Virus record (IMG/VR): IMGVR_UViG_3300005573_000052 | Source: a virus | DNA length: 64,000 nt | Strand: one strand, 5' to 3' | Part shown: positions 36,977 to 46,129 of the stretch, piece by piece | Layout: every line of letters starts with the position of its first letter | Numbering within the stretch: position 1 is the stretch's first letter | The notes under the pieces: generated by a model | What the model saw: the letters and a program-made list of their open reading frames with translations, nothing else | Told to the model about the DNA's origin: nothing | Database searches by the model: none | Translations under genes and position numbers: made by a program

Positions 36977-37353
36977 AGATCGACCCAAGAAAGGTCCCCG
37001 TGCTTGTCGCGCACGATTTTCACGCGCTTGCGGGTCGCTCGGTAGCCCGCCACCGGAAAGCGTTTGCCAGCCAGCGCCTCGTTGAAGCGGCGGCGCTTCT
37101 GTTCCAGATTCCAGCCGCGCCACTCGATTTGTTGCTGCTCGTTGTTTCGCACGAGTCGGCCATCCACCACGGCGTCGATGCACACGCTTTCGATGAGCGA
37201 TTCCGGGTCGGAGTCGCTGTTCTCGCGGATTACCGGCGCGAGCATCAGGCACGGACGCCCGAACTCGTAGCCCTCATGCTGCCAAGTGAGGACCTTGAAG
37301 GTCAGGATGTCGCCTTCGCGGATGGGGAGGTAGAGGGATGAGTCGTCGGCCAT
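36952..37353 (-). CDS. protein Y, copy 1 (C-terminus reads into attC-A)
   Basis: Paralog of 36187-36630; ends LPNNSDEQ. Confidence 0.8.
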   Translation of the reverse strand: MADDSSLYLPIREGDILTFKVLTWQHEGYEFGRPCLMLAPVIRENSDSDPESLIESVCIDAVVDGRLVRNNEQQQIEWRGWNLEQKRRRFNEALAGKRFPVAGYRATRKRVKIVRDKHGDLSWVDLPNNSDEQ

Positions 37354-37360
37354 GGTCGCG

Positions 37361-37603
37361 TCAAACCACCTTGGTCACCCGGTTGGTCTCACCGTCCACA
37401 ATCAGTGTCAATTCACGCCGGTTCAGCCACTTGTCCCGGGTAGGGCGGAGAGCCCGGAGAGCGGCCTTGTCCACGCCACCCGCGCCATAGTAGACCACGG
37501 CGCACTGCTGTTTGTGCGTCATGGCGATGGACAGGGCCTCGTCCACGGTGAGACCGACGAGGACGCGGCGGAGGGCGGGGAGAGGGAGTTTGGGGGCGGG
37601 CAT
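37361..37603 (-). CDS. small hypothetical protein (potato inhibitor I-like C-terminal motif)
   Basis: TRDKWLNRRELTLIVDG...VTKV resembles T.D.R..R......G.V. Confidence 0.45.
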   Translation of the reverse strand: MPAPKLPLPALRRVLVGLTVDEALSIAMTHKQQCAVVYYGAGGVDKAALRALRPTRDKWLNRRELTLIVDGETNRVTKVV

Positions 37604-37605
37604 GA

Positions 37606-38646
37606 TCAGGGATAAAGGTTAAACACGTCCGGGCGCGGCATTTTCTGCCCAGTCTCCTCCAAGTGGTAATCCGCCCTGCACATGAGTCTCATATGGTCCC
37701 CGAACGACATCCGCGACGGCTTCCACCCCAGCTTCTCGACCGCCTTGGCTGGGTTACCAACCAGCTTGACCACCTCGTTCGGGCGCAAACGGGTTTTGTC
37801 CAGCTTGACATACTTGCGCCAGTCAAGATTGAAGTGTCCAAAGGCCGCATCAAGGAACTGCTCGCCATGGAAACACTCGCCCCGACAGATGACAAAGGTC
37901 TCGGGGGTCGGGAGTTGGAGCATCTTCCACATCATCTCGCAGCCAAAGTCGCTCCAGTGCTCATCCCGGTAAAAATCGAGGGAGCCTAAGGTGAGTTCAT
38001 CCTGCTTGCCCAACGCAATCCGTGCTGCACCGTTGGTGACACGGCGGACGTAGAAGGATAGATTTCGGTCGCAGTTGGAGTGGTTAAAAAGCACCCCATA
38101 GGTCGCGAACATGCCCATCTGCCGGTAATACTTGACCCAACGGGTGCCAAGCTCCTTGCCGATGGCATAGGGGGAACGACACTCGTATTCGGAGGTCTCG
38201 TCAAAAGGGCAGCGAGAGGGGTCTCCACCCAACAGCTCACTGGTCGCCGCGAAGTAGACCCGGGTGGACCGGGACAGATTGTAGAGTGAGTCGAGAAAGT
38301 AAAACACGCTCATACCGTCACAGAGCACCGTGCTCTCGGCGGAAGTGAAGGAAAGACCGACGTGAGACTGAGCGGCAAGCAGATAGACTTCGTCAATCCG
38401 CGCGAATCGCTCCAACACGCCGATTATCAGGGACTTGACCGAGCCGCCGTCAGACACGTCGCAGTGCTCTAGGTGCAATGCCGGATGGTTGCCATGCTCG
38501 GCCTTTACCGAGTCCAAATTCAGGTTAGCGGTTTTGCGATAGGTGCCGATTACGGTGTAGCCCTTGGATAGGAGAAGGGAGGTAAGGGCAGAGGCATCCA
38601 TACCGGTGATGCCTGTGATGAGCGCGGTTTTGCTCGCTCCACTCAT
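37606..38646 (-). CDS. gmd: GDP-mannose 4,6-dehydratase
   Basis: TALITGITGMDAS, LAAQSHV..SF, RVYFAATSEL, FDETS...RSPYAIGK, LFNH, L.LG.LD..RD, RPNEV. Confidence 0.88.
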   Translation of the reverse strand: MSGASKTALITGITGMDASALTSLLLSKGYTVIGTYRKTANLNLDSVKAEHGNHPALHLEHCDVSDGGSVKSLIIGVLERFARIDEVYLLAAQSHVGLSFTSAESTVLCDGMSVFYFLDSLYNLSRSTRVYFAATSELLGGDPSRCPFDETSEYECRSPYAIGKELGTRWVKYYRQMGMFATYGVLFNHSNCDRNLSFYVRRVTNGAARIALGKQDELTLGSLDFYRDEHWSDFGCEMMWKMLQLPTPETFVICRGECFHGEQFLDAAFGHFNLDWRKYVKLDKTRLRPNEVVKLVGNPAKAVEKLGWKPSRMSFGDHMRLMCRADYHLEETGQKMPRPDVFNLYP

Positions 38647-38936
38647 ACCCCGCCCTCCCGGGCCATTTCCTCGGCACTCACCACCGGGACATCCCGCCAT
38701 TCCTCGCGCAGGTAGAACCAGCCGGTGCGGTCCGGGGTATATCCCCATAGCTCGCCCTGAGTTGGTTGGCTGTCACGGCGCACGTCGCCGTCCTGCACGA
38801 CCCAAAGCTGTTGAAGCCGCCATGGGATGATCCAACCCGGGCCAGTTTCTGCTTCTACCCAACGCAAACCGTTGGTCAGGTGCTCGAAACGGGGAATGTC
38901 GGGGGGCGGGGAGACGAGGGGAGGAGTGTCGGTCAT
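38643..38936 (-). CDS. hypothetical protein
   Basis: Overlap-coupled ORF. Confidence 0.55.
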   Translation of the reverse strand: MTDTPPLVSPPPDIPRFEHLTNGLRWVEAETGPGWIIPWRLQQLWVVQDGDVRRDSQPTQGELWGYTPDRTGWFYLREEWRDVPVVSAEEMAREGGV

Positions 38937-39331
38937 GAAGAAAATGAGGGGTTAGAGGTGAGCAGCTCGGGGTTCTCGTGAATATTGCCGATGACTACAA
39001 TATCGTCGTTAGTCGTATAATCGCCTCCGACCAAAAATCTTGACAAGAGCCGGTCCGACTCAACCTGATATTCGACCACCGAAATGTAGAAACGGTCATC
39101 TGCTACCCCCGGAGTATCACGAGGGTAGCGAACGATATCGCCCTCATAGATATCCCGGCCATTGCGGTCGGTCAAACCCGTGAACATCTCAATCTCCCTG
39201 CCGAAACCCGCGAGACGACACACACCCGGTTCCGGGTGCAACCAGCCGATTTCGATTCGCGGGTCATCAACCCAATGGTCTACGTGCCAGACGCGGAACT
39301 TGATGACTCGGATGTTATCGGGAGTGCTCAT
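38933..39331 (-). CDS. YopX family protein
   Basis: IKFRVW, MFTGLTDRNGRDIYEGDIV, VIGNIHENPELL. Confidence 0.9.
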   Translation of the reverse strand: MSTPDNIRVIKFRVWHVDHWVDDPRIEIGWLHPEPGVCRLAGFGREIEMFTGLTDRNGRDIYEGDIVRYPRDTPGVADDRFYISVVEYQVESDRLLSRFLVGGDYTTNDDIVVIGNIHENPELLTSNPSFSS

Positions 39332-39352
39332 AATAGGTGCTGCTATCTCACC

Positions 39353-39382
39353 ATAATAGCCCAATTGGGCTGCTTGCGTCAA
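39353..39382 (-). promoter_or_regulatory. sigma70-like promoter
   Basis: TTGACG-N10-AATTGGGC-TATTAT. Confidence 0.6.
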
Positions 39383-39385
39383 CCA

Positions 39386-39817
39386 CTAAATCTGCGCCAG
39401 TATCTCGGAACTCGCCCGAATCTTGGCTCCCAGCCCATCCACGATAGCTATCCCCAACTCACAACACACCACCGCCTCGGGTATTTCGCCCGCGAACCTG
39501 TCGCCGCCCTTGGCGAAGATATATCGGTGGGAATCGCCCAATTCGGCGCGGATGAGACGGATGGTAGCGCAGACGCTCTTGTCCTCGTCCACCGACAGCA
39601 CCACATCATCCACCATGGCCAGCGACCGGACTATCTCTAGCCGATCCTCCTGCGATTGAAACGACTTGGAACCCTTGAGCGCGACTTGGTAGTCCGAGTT
39701 GACGATGACTATCAGTGTGTCGCCCAGCTCCTTGGCGCGCCAAAGGTAGTCGAGATGGCCAATGTGAAGGGGGTTGAAGTAGCCTGAGGCGATAACAATC
39801 GTGGACATGAGGGGCAA
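39386..39817 (-). CDS. cytidylyltransferase-like protein (HIGH family; TagD/RibL/RfaE-II-like)
   Basis: SGYFNPLHIGHLDYL..AKELGD.LIVIVNSD, FAKGGDR, KIRASS. Confidence 0.88.
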   Translation of the reverse strand: MPLMSTIVIASGYFNPLHIGHLDYLWRAKELGDTLIVIVNSDYQVALKGSKSFQSQEDRLEIVRSLAMVDDVVLSVDEDKSVCATIRLIRAELGDSHRYIFAKGGDRFAGEIPEAVVCCELGIAIVDGLGAKIRASSEILAQI

Positions 39818-39840
39818 CAGATGGAGAAGTGGTTAGACCC

Positions 39841-39888
39841 ATGATAGCTCTGTCACCCACTCCTGTCAACCACGCCAATTCGCGCGAA
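39841..39888 (-). promoter_or_regulatory. promoter with upstream TTCGCGCGAA palindrome
   Basis: TTGACA-N17-TATCAT; palindrome at 39879-39888. Confidence 0.65.
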
Positions 39889-39896
39889 ACGGGTGA

Positions 39897-40490
39897 CTAA
39901 GCCCAGCCCCACCGCTTCAACACCCGATAAACCTGCCAAAACACACCCTTGAACCAGTCGCACCGCCGGTAGTTCTCCTCCCCGTTCAGGTATAGCGGAA
40001 GCCATGCGTGCAACACCCTGACGCGCACCTTGGCAGACCCCGACAAATCCAAAGCCACGTTGTAGGTCCGTTCGTCAGACTGGTCCGACCAATTACCCAA
40101 GTCCACGTCGGTTTCACTGCCACCCCGGATAACGCGCCCGTGCACGGTGATATCATGAGAACCGCCCTTGATAGTGGCGACGAACAGGCCGCCCGACACC
40201 CAGTCATCCGCGTAGACCTCGATATGGTGGGAGCCGTTGTTGATGTCCAAGCAGTCCTCGCGCCCGCCCGGCAGCACGCCCCGCACAATGATGCGCAGAT
40301 AGGAGCAGTTGGACACCTTGATGGTATCGCTGTGCTGGCCGCTAGGCGGATCGAAATAGCCATTGCGTCCGGTGTCGGGGTGACCCGAGACAAACCATTG
40401 CGGCCCGGTGGTATCAACCTCCACGACCAACCAATTGCCAAGGCTGCCATGCCAGCCCGCGAAATCAAGGGGGGCGTAGTTGATGTCCAT
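39897..40490 (-). CDS. hypothetical beta-helix-like protein
   Basis: EDCLDINNGSHHI...TIKGGSHDI repeats suggest parallel beta-helix coils. Confidence 0.55.
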   Translation of the reverse strand: MDINYAPLDFAGWHGSLGNWLVVEVDTTGPQWFVSGHPDTGRNGYFDPPSGQHSDTIKVSNCSYLRIIVRGVLPGGREDCLDINNGSHHIEVYADDWVSGGLFVATIKGGSHDITVHGRVIRGGSETDVDLGNWSDQSDERTYNVALDLSGSAKVRVRVLHAWLPLYLNGEENYRRCDWFKGVFWQVYRVLKRWGWA

Positions 40491-40516
40491 GTGGCCTAAG
40501 GTGGCGAGGAATCTCC

Positions 40517-41017
40517 CTAACCCGCCATCTGGAACGGCGACGTGGAATAGGAAATGAAGGGCTTGACAGCCTCGAAGGTGTCAACGCTCATCCGCTTGCG
40601 CTTGGTGTGCCGTGCACTGGCCACGGCCTCAGTTTGCGCGAGATGGCGCGAATGGACAAAATGAATGCGGCTGAGCAGGGTTGAAGGAGAAAGGCCCGGT
40701 TTGGTGAGATAGTCATTGGCTCCAGCTCTCGCTGCGGCGGCAAGAATGGCGGGTTCAACCACCCCGCTGACCACCACCATGGGGATGCGATAGGGGGCTA
40801 GCGCCTCCACCGCCTCTACGTCGCGCGCATCGGGCAAGATCAGGTCTACCAGCAAGATATCATAACTAGGGGCGGTGGAGGAGCTTAACCGTTCCCGAGC
40901 CTCCGCCAACGTCCCAACGCAATCAACCGCTATCTCGTTCTCACCCAGCGTGGTTTGAACGAATTTGCACACCTCAACCGAGTCTTCAACGTAAAGCACG
41001 CGCATGGGGAAAGTCAT
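40517..41017 (-). CDS. response-regulator receiver domain protein (orphan)
   Basis: VLYVED, ILLVDLILP (phosphoacceptor Asp), VVSG, GANDYLTKP. Confidence 0.88.
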   Translation of the reverse strand: MTFPMRVLYVEDSVEVCKFVQTTLGENEIAVDCVGTLAEARERLSSSTAPSYDILLVDLILPDARDVEAVEALAPYRIPMVVVSGVVEPAILAAAARAGANDYLTKPGLSPSTLLSRIHFVHSRHLAQTEAVASARHTKRKRMSVDTFEAVKPFISYSTSPFQMAG

Positions 41018-41439
41018 TGGCCCGTAAAGGTCTTATAAAGTTGGATGGCGAAAGCGAGGAACCCTGACAATCCCATGCCAATGGCAGCAATGAGCTTCCA
41101 GCCCTGAAGCAGGCTTTTCTTGTCGTCCTGTAGCTCCTTGATGTCCGATTCAGCTCTGAGTAACCGACCATTCGTCCGGCGAACCTGAAAATGAGTCTGG
41201 ATCAGTGCGTCAACCAGCCACTTATCATATTGACCACCAACGGATAGCTCATGCATGATATGCTTATCCTGAGGAGAGGCGTCTTCAAGAAGATGTTCTG
41301 GAATTTGACTCTTGAACTCTCCCGGTGGGGTCAAGACGGGATAAGTTGAATCGGGGATGGTTTTGTCAGAGGAGTCAGATTGGCTCATGGCATGGGAGTG
41401 GGGTGAAACGAAGAGGGTAGTAGAGACCTTCATATACAC
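41014..41439 (-). CDS. coiled-coil protein with C-terminal TM helix (holin/XhlA-like architecture)
   Basis: Coiled coil followed by IAAIGMGLSGFLAFAIQL. Confidence 0.5.
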   Translation of the reverse strand: MYMKVSTTLFVSPHSHAMSQSDSSDKTIPDSTYPVLTPPGEFKSQIPEHLLEDASPQDKHIMHELSVGGQYDKWLVDALIQTHFQVRRTNGRLLRAESDIKELQDDKKSLLQGWKLIAAIGMGLSGFLAFAIQLYKTFTGQ

Positions 41440-41472
41440 CGCCCGAACGCCCCAAACGGCGCGAACTGGATG

Positions 41473-42333
41473 TCAGATCGGGATCAACACCCCGTTGGGA
41501 GCGGTAAAGGCCGGGATAACCATCGGGTCCTCGTCATAGGGGATAACGATGGTCTCCTTGGTGGGCCAGATGAAAGCGGTCATATTGCCCCCGCCACGGT
41601 CCGAATAGGCGGCACCCGTATCAATTGCAGCGAATGTCTCAGTTATCTGCGCGGTTTTGACCGGAGAATGGCCAAACACCCTAAACCACCCATCCTTAGG
41701 GAAGTCGATATCACGAGCCCATAGGGCGTGATACCAGTCCCCCTGATTCGCCACTAATCCATGGCCATTATGAGTGCAAAGCAACTTGAGTCCCCGTTCA
41801 TCAACCGGCGCGCTGGGAAAGGTCAGATAAGCAGGGAGTTGCTGCATCCAGTCGAGCACCCCAGTCGGCACTTCACACCCATCCTGAAACGGGACGTTAT
41901 CGTTTTCCATGGTCCGATAACGCGGCCAATTGTCCAGTGTCGCCTCACCCCCATTCCACAGCCAGACATCCCGGTCGTAGTAACTGGAGCAACGGGCCTT
42001 GTAACCGAGGCGGGAATGGGCGGAATAGGCCAACGCCAAATCACAATGATTCCCAAGCACATTCGGCACAGAATTATCCATGGCGAACTCCACCACCTTG
42101 CGCGAGTTCGGACCCCGGTCAATCAGGTCCCCGTTGAGGACCAACTGTGCGCCCGGATACTTAGCGACGACTTGATTGAGCAGGCGGACGAGGGTATAGA
42201 ATGTCCCATGCACGTCGGACACAATCACGACGAGTTGGTCCGGCTTCGTCTCGACCTCGCGCCCGGGCGAATAGGGCGATGTGACGGAGGCGGGCAGAGA
42301 ACGGGTGGGTGGGGGTTGGCGGGGAGGAATCAT
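41473..42333 (-). CDS. PPP-family Ser/Thr phosphatase (lambda phosphatase/ApaH-like)
   Basis: SDVHG, GDLIDRGP, GNH, GHSP, IDTGA. Confidence 0.88.
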   Translation of the reverse strand: MIPPRQPPPTRSLPASVTSPYSPGREVETKPDQLVVIVSDVHGTFYTLVRLLNQVVAKYPGAQLVLNGDLIDRGPNSRKVVEFAMDNSVPNVLGNHCDLALAYSAHSRLGYKARCSSYYDRDVWLWNGGEATLDNWPRYRTMENDNVPFQDGCEVPTGVLDWMQQLPAYLTFPSAPVDERGLKLLCTHNGHGLVANQGDWYHALWARDIDFPKDGWFRVFGHSPVKTAQITETFAAIDTGAAYSDRGGGNMTAFIWPTKETIVIPYDEDPMVIPAFTAPNGVLIPI

Positions 42334-42348
42334 GGAGAAAGGGAGGAA

Positions 42349-42561
42349 TCAGCGGTCATCCAACCCTAGCACCTTCCCCACATAAGTCAAGCACAAACCG
42401 CAATACGCCCCGCACCCGGTCTTGCGCTGGACATCCTCCAGTGTCGTGCAACCGGACGCAAGGGTAGGGAGGGCACTGAGCGGGGTGTCGGTGCAGATGC
42501 AGGTGAGAGAGTAGGGGTCTAGCTTACCCATTAGCGAACTGGGCAAATTCCGCCCGCACAC
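42349..42561 (-). CDS. BFD-like [2Fe-2S] ferredoxin
   Basis: CIC.D...TGCGAYCGLC. Confidence 0.75.
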   Translation of the reverse strand: MCGRNLPSSLMGKLDPYSLTCICTDTPLSALPTLASGCTTLEDVQRKTGCGAYCGLCLTYVGKVLGLDDR

Positions 42562-44510
42562 TCAAGCGAATCAAGGGTGGCACCTCGCGCCGCTTCACCT
42601 AAACACTGCAATGGTCGCACCTTAGCAACCATCTCCCAATATTGGTTTCCGGTGATGGTTTCATAAGGAGCTTGTTGAAATCCATGTAGGTCCTTGAGTA
42701 AGAACGAGACAGATTTAACCCCCTCGGCATAATTGGTGCTCATCCATTCTTTAAGGGCAGGCAACTCCTCTGGCGTATAGTAAGCCGTCACAGAAACAGC
42801 GTTGTCAGACCAAATGGTCTGAAGCTGCTTAACTAGATCGAGCTGCTGAACTACGCTCATGTCGCCCGCAAATAATGCTCCTTCGGGGGTCTTACAAGGA
42901 AATTCCACTACCATGGTGCCGTGGTCATCGGTCCCATCAAACCGCTTTTGAAACTTAACCACATAGCCCGCATCACGACAAACCTTGACCAGTTTATCGT
43001 CACTGCTCATCCGCACACGCCGAATATAATAGGGAGAATAAGCGGGGTGCACTCCGGGGGTCGCTCCGGCCAGCAAAGATAAACTCCCGCTCGGTTTCAC
43101 CGTGGTCAGCTTGATGCTTTCGGGCCAACCGCGCAATTTGCTCCACCGCTTGTCAAGAGCGCGAAGAGCCAGATAGCAGTCATCTAGCCATGCCAGCTTG
43201 TCCAACGACTGGCACACCCCAGTAACTCCGAGGCCTAATCGCATGTTCTTGTGCACGATGACATTAGTCTCCTCGTGAATAAATGGCATGGCGGCGACGG
43301 CTTTCTGAGTCTTGTAAAGCAGAGAGGCGCAGTCAATCAACTCATCCTTAGACCGGATGTTGTTGAGGTAGAGTTCAGAAAGATTGCAACTCTCTGATGA
43401 TGAAAGACTTATCTCTGCACAAGGGTTCACACCAGAACAGTTATCCCTGTCGGCAGGATAAAGATCACTGTCCTTCATCGGTCCATCTTTCAGCCGCCCA
43501 AAGCGTTGTGACAACGGCAAATTGAAAAATCCATAAGGCTCACCCTTAGCACGCCCTGTTTTGGGGTCCAGATAATATCCATTGCCCCAGACCTCCTCCG
43601 AAATATGGTCAAACGCATCTGCGTAAATGCTGTTGTTGGACATGCCTCTCCAATTAGGAATGTTACCCAAGGTCCAATTCTTGGCACGCAAATAGAGATA
43701 GTCGTCGGGGTCTCCCAAAGCAATCGTGGCGGAGCGTCTTACGTTGCCTGCCACCACAATGGACGCAATAATATTGCAGATGTCTAATACGTCAATAGAC
43801 CGAAGCTTCTTCTCCTCACGCGACTGCATGATGCGAACAATCTTGTCTACCCCCTCCATGAGGATGCCGGGGCCACTGGCGGTGCCGCCGAAACCCACTA
43901 TTTTCTCCCCTGCGCCACGCACAAGGATAGTAGAGTAGGTCATAGACTTGCCTGTGACATAGAACGAGTCAAAGACATGAGAGAGCAACTTGATCCAGCC
44001 TTGGCGCGAATCAGGCACGATGAAATCGGCGTCCTTGGTCGCCAAGTGAGTGATAGAGACGCCCTTCTTGATGCGCGGCAACTCGTGCACGTCCTCACGA
44101 CGGACAGAAAATCCCACCCCGGCCCCTAGCATGAGGTTTTCAAATAAGAACAGGAACGCCTTAGGGTCGTTCATAGCGATATAGAAGCAGTTAAGTAGGC
44201 TATTGGCTCCGAATTTCTCCACCAATGGGGTGCCAAGCTGCCACAACATGCGCCCAGCAAGATTACAGCGCAGGTTGAAAATGTGGTCATAAAGGCGCTC
44301 TGCCTCCTCTTTGGTATATTGCGCCCCGATTTTCTGCGCCCCGTTAATGCAACGAGCAACCGTCTCATACCACTCCTCATTGGTTCCATCCGGCTTGACG
44401 CGGCTATAGGTTCGTTTGTAAACCACGTAGCCCAAACCGTTGAAACCCCAAGGCACCGTCTGGTCCTTGTAACTGTTGATGAATTCGTTGGAAAGAATAG
44501 ATTCAGACAT
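42531..44510 (-). CDS. nrdJ: class II (adenosylcobalamin) ribonucleoside-triphosphate reductase, monomeric type
   Basis: YKRTYSR, SLLNC, GAGVGF, AGNVRRSA, NPCAEI, CNLSEL, TTVKPSG.LSLL, C-terminal ECAGGICPVR. Confidence 0.93.
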   Translation of the reverse strand: MSESILSNEFINSYKDQTVPWGFNGLGYVVYKRTYSRVKPDGTNEEWYETVARCINGAQKIGAQYTKEEAERLYDHIFNLRCNLAGRMLWQLGTPLVEKFGANSLLNCFYIAMNDPKAFLFLFENLMLGAGVGFSVRREDVHELPRIKKGVSITHLATKDADFIVPDSRQGWIKLLSHVFDSFYVTGKSMTYSTILVRGAGEKIVGFGGTASGPGILMEGVDKIVRIMQSREEKKLRSIDVLDICNIIASIVVAGNVRRSATIALGDPDDYLYLRAKNWTLGNIPNWRGMSNNSIYADAFDHISEEVWGNGYYLDPKTGRAKGEPYGFFNLPLSQRFGRLKDGPMKDSDLYPADRDNCSGVNPCAEISLSSSESCNLSELYLNNIRSKDELIDCASLLYKTQKAVAAMPFIHEETNVIVHKNMRLGLGVTGVCQSLDKLAWLDDCYLALRALDKRWSKLRGWPESIKLTTVKPSGSLSLLAGATPGVHPAYSPYYIRRVRMSSDDKLVKVCRDAGYVVKFQKRFDGTDDHGTMVVEFPCKTPEGALFAGDMSVVQQLDLVKQLQTIWSDNAVSVTAYYTPEELPALKEWMSTNYAEGVKSVSFLLKDLHGFQQAPYETITGNQYWEMVAKVRPLQCLGEAARGATLDSLECAGGICPVR

Positions 44511-44617
44511 GAGGAAAATAAAAAGAGTTAGATGATGAGGGGAACGGGCAATACACCATTGATTCGGACCGGAAAAGGCGGCTATAAACAGGTCCGCGCG
44601 GGGTGTAGTGCGGGAGA

Positions 44618-45472
44618 CTACTCCCGGATTAGTTCGGGTAGCGGCAACCCCCGATTGGTGTAGTAAGACTCGTTGAAACGCAACGAGTTAGACGACTCGT
44701 CCCAGCGGAAGGAGCATTCCCAGCCCCGGCCCCGGGTTTGGTATTCCACCTTACGCTTGGACCTCGCCTTGTTGGCGGGCGTGTCGCTCAACCACGTCCA
44801 ATGGCGCGGGTTGGCCACGGTGGGCGGGATGGTCAACGATGCCATCTGCACGTCATGCACCACCGGGCAATCCATCTTGCCCCGCTCCCAAGGCCGCGTG
44901 TAACGGACATTGTTGTCGTCCCAAAACCCGTCCGCCACGTAGCCTCCGCTATTGTAGAGGCGATGAATGCGAGGCGGCGTGAACGGGTCGGCCAGAAAAG
45001 TGTGACGGTCGAACACGGCGTTCCGGTAGGACAGTCGGAACCATGTCGTCCACTCGTTGACGGCGACAAAGTCCGCAATGCGCCCGATTTCAGCGACTGA
45101 CGTAATCTCGTCGGAGTCCCATTGCCAGATGGCGGTGGTCCCACCTTGGTCTAGTGCCCATTTCAGCGCCGCGCCGCGCGCTACGACCTCGGTCCGAGGC
45201 AAGTCTCCGTTGACTATGTGATCTATCTCGCCCCGGTCGAGCGCGCTCTGAAGATACTGGCGAGTGCCGTCCGGTTTGGTCCCGGTGTGGTCGAACCCGA
45301 CAAACGGGACTGAGACCGCCACGATGCGGAACTGGTGCTCGCCGGGTTTGGCGTTACGCCGGGCCTCAATCCATGGAGTGAGCGACTCGGGCAGGTAGTC
45401 CATGGCCTGCCATGCGCAGAAGATGATGGTGAAGGTGAGGGGGTTGGGAGAGGGAGGAGAGGAATCGGTCAC
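44618..45472 (-). CDS. GT-A/GT2-like glycosyltransferase
   Basis: WQWDSDE (DxD), R..ALKWA; located in the sugar island. Confidence 0.6.
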   Translation of the reverse strand: MTDSSPPSPNPLTFTIIFCAWQAMDYLPESLTPWIEARRNAKPGEHQFRIVAVSVPFVGFDHTGTKPDGTRQYLQSALDRGEIDHIVNGDLPRTEVVARGAALKWALDQGGTTAIWQWDSDEITSVAEIGRIADFVAVNEWTTWFRLSYRNAVFDRHTFLADPFTPPRIHRLYNSGGYVADGFWDDNNVRYTRPWERGKMDCPVVHDVQMASLTIPPTVANPRHWTWLSDTPANKARSKRKVEYQTRGRGWECSFRWDESSNSLRFNESYYTNRGLPLPELIRE

Positions 45473-45477
45473 GGGGA

Positions 45478-45645
45478 CTATGGTAGCACGGTTGGGTCGT
45501 CCCTGTCAACCCGTTTCTGCCCCCGTTTCGCGCGAACCACCCGCTTGCGCCCGAACACGCGCTCCCAGCCCTCCTCATACGCCCCGGGTCTGTTGCTCGG
45601 CCTGCACTTTGAGCCCTTGCCGTTTTGGCCTGTCATGCTCATCAT
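45478..45645 (-). CDS. small basic phage protein
   Basis: GKGSKCRP...YEEGWERVF resembles the recurrent GKGS..RP...WDRIF motif. Confidence 0.55.
   Translation of the reverse strand: MMSMTGQNGKGSKCRPSNRPGAYEEGWERVFGRKRVVRAKRGQKRVDRDDPTVLP
45480..45509 (-). promoter_or_regulatory. leaderless-type promoter
   Basis: TTGACA-N18-TACCAT-N7-GTG. Confidence 0.65.
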
Positions 45646-45652
45646 CCGCGAA

Positions 45653-46129
45653 TCACTTGCGAAGACTGAGAAATGTGGGTCCCGGATGAAACAAAAAGTC
45701 ATTCACGCTAGCGACAACCTGCTCATCGTTCTCGGGCCAAAATTGACGGATATTGGGCAATAGGTTCAAAAATCCGCGCACGTCATGGGCGTGATGACTA
45801 ATGCCTTCGGTCTTGTAGTCCATGTCTCGGCCCGCTCCTACAAGTCGAATAGACGGACCTTCATGATTGACATAGGTCCGAAGCAATTCAAATGGACGGA
45901 ATATCTCAAAGGGCGTGATGGTGTAGCACACCGGAATCCTGCCTTCCTGAGCTAACCCGATAGCCGCGCCGACCATGACAAATTCAGCCACCCCCATATT
46001 GTGATAACGATGGAGATAATCGGTTTGGATGGGGTCAACAAAAGAAAAACCGATGTCAGCACACAAAAAATGAATCCGTTGGTCGCGAGCCATGGCCGCG
46101 TGAAGATGTTGAAAGAAAAGTTTACGCAT
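45653..46129 (-). CDS. transketolase-like pyrimidine-binding subunit
   Basis: ADIGF, NMGVAE..MVGAAIGLA.EG, RPFE, GISHHA. Confidence 0.85.
   Translation of the reverse strand: MRKLFFQHLHAAMARDQRIHFLCADIGFSFVDPIQTDYLHRYHNMGVAEFVMVGAAIGLAQEGRIPVCYTITPFEIFRPFELLRTYVNHEGPSIRLVGAGRDMDYKTEGISHHAHDVRGFLNLLPNIRQFWPENDEQVVASVNDFLFHPGPTFLSLRK

Noticed and set aside
39386-39817. NMN adenylyltransferase completing NARP2
   Set aside because: Motifs (SGYFNPLHIGH, KGGDR) fit TagD/RibL/RfaE-type enzymes; it is 26 kb from nadV and sits beside gmd.
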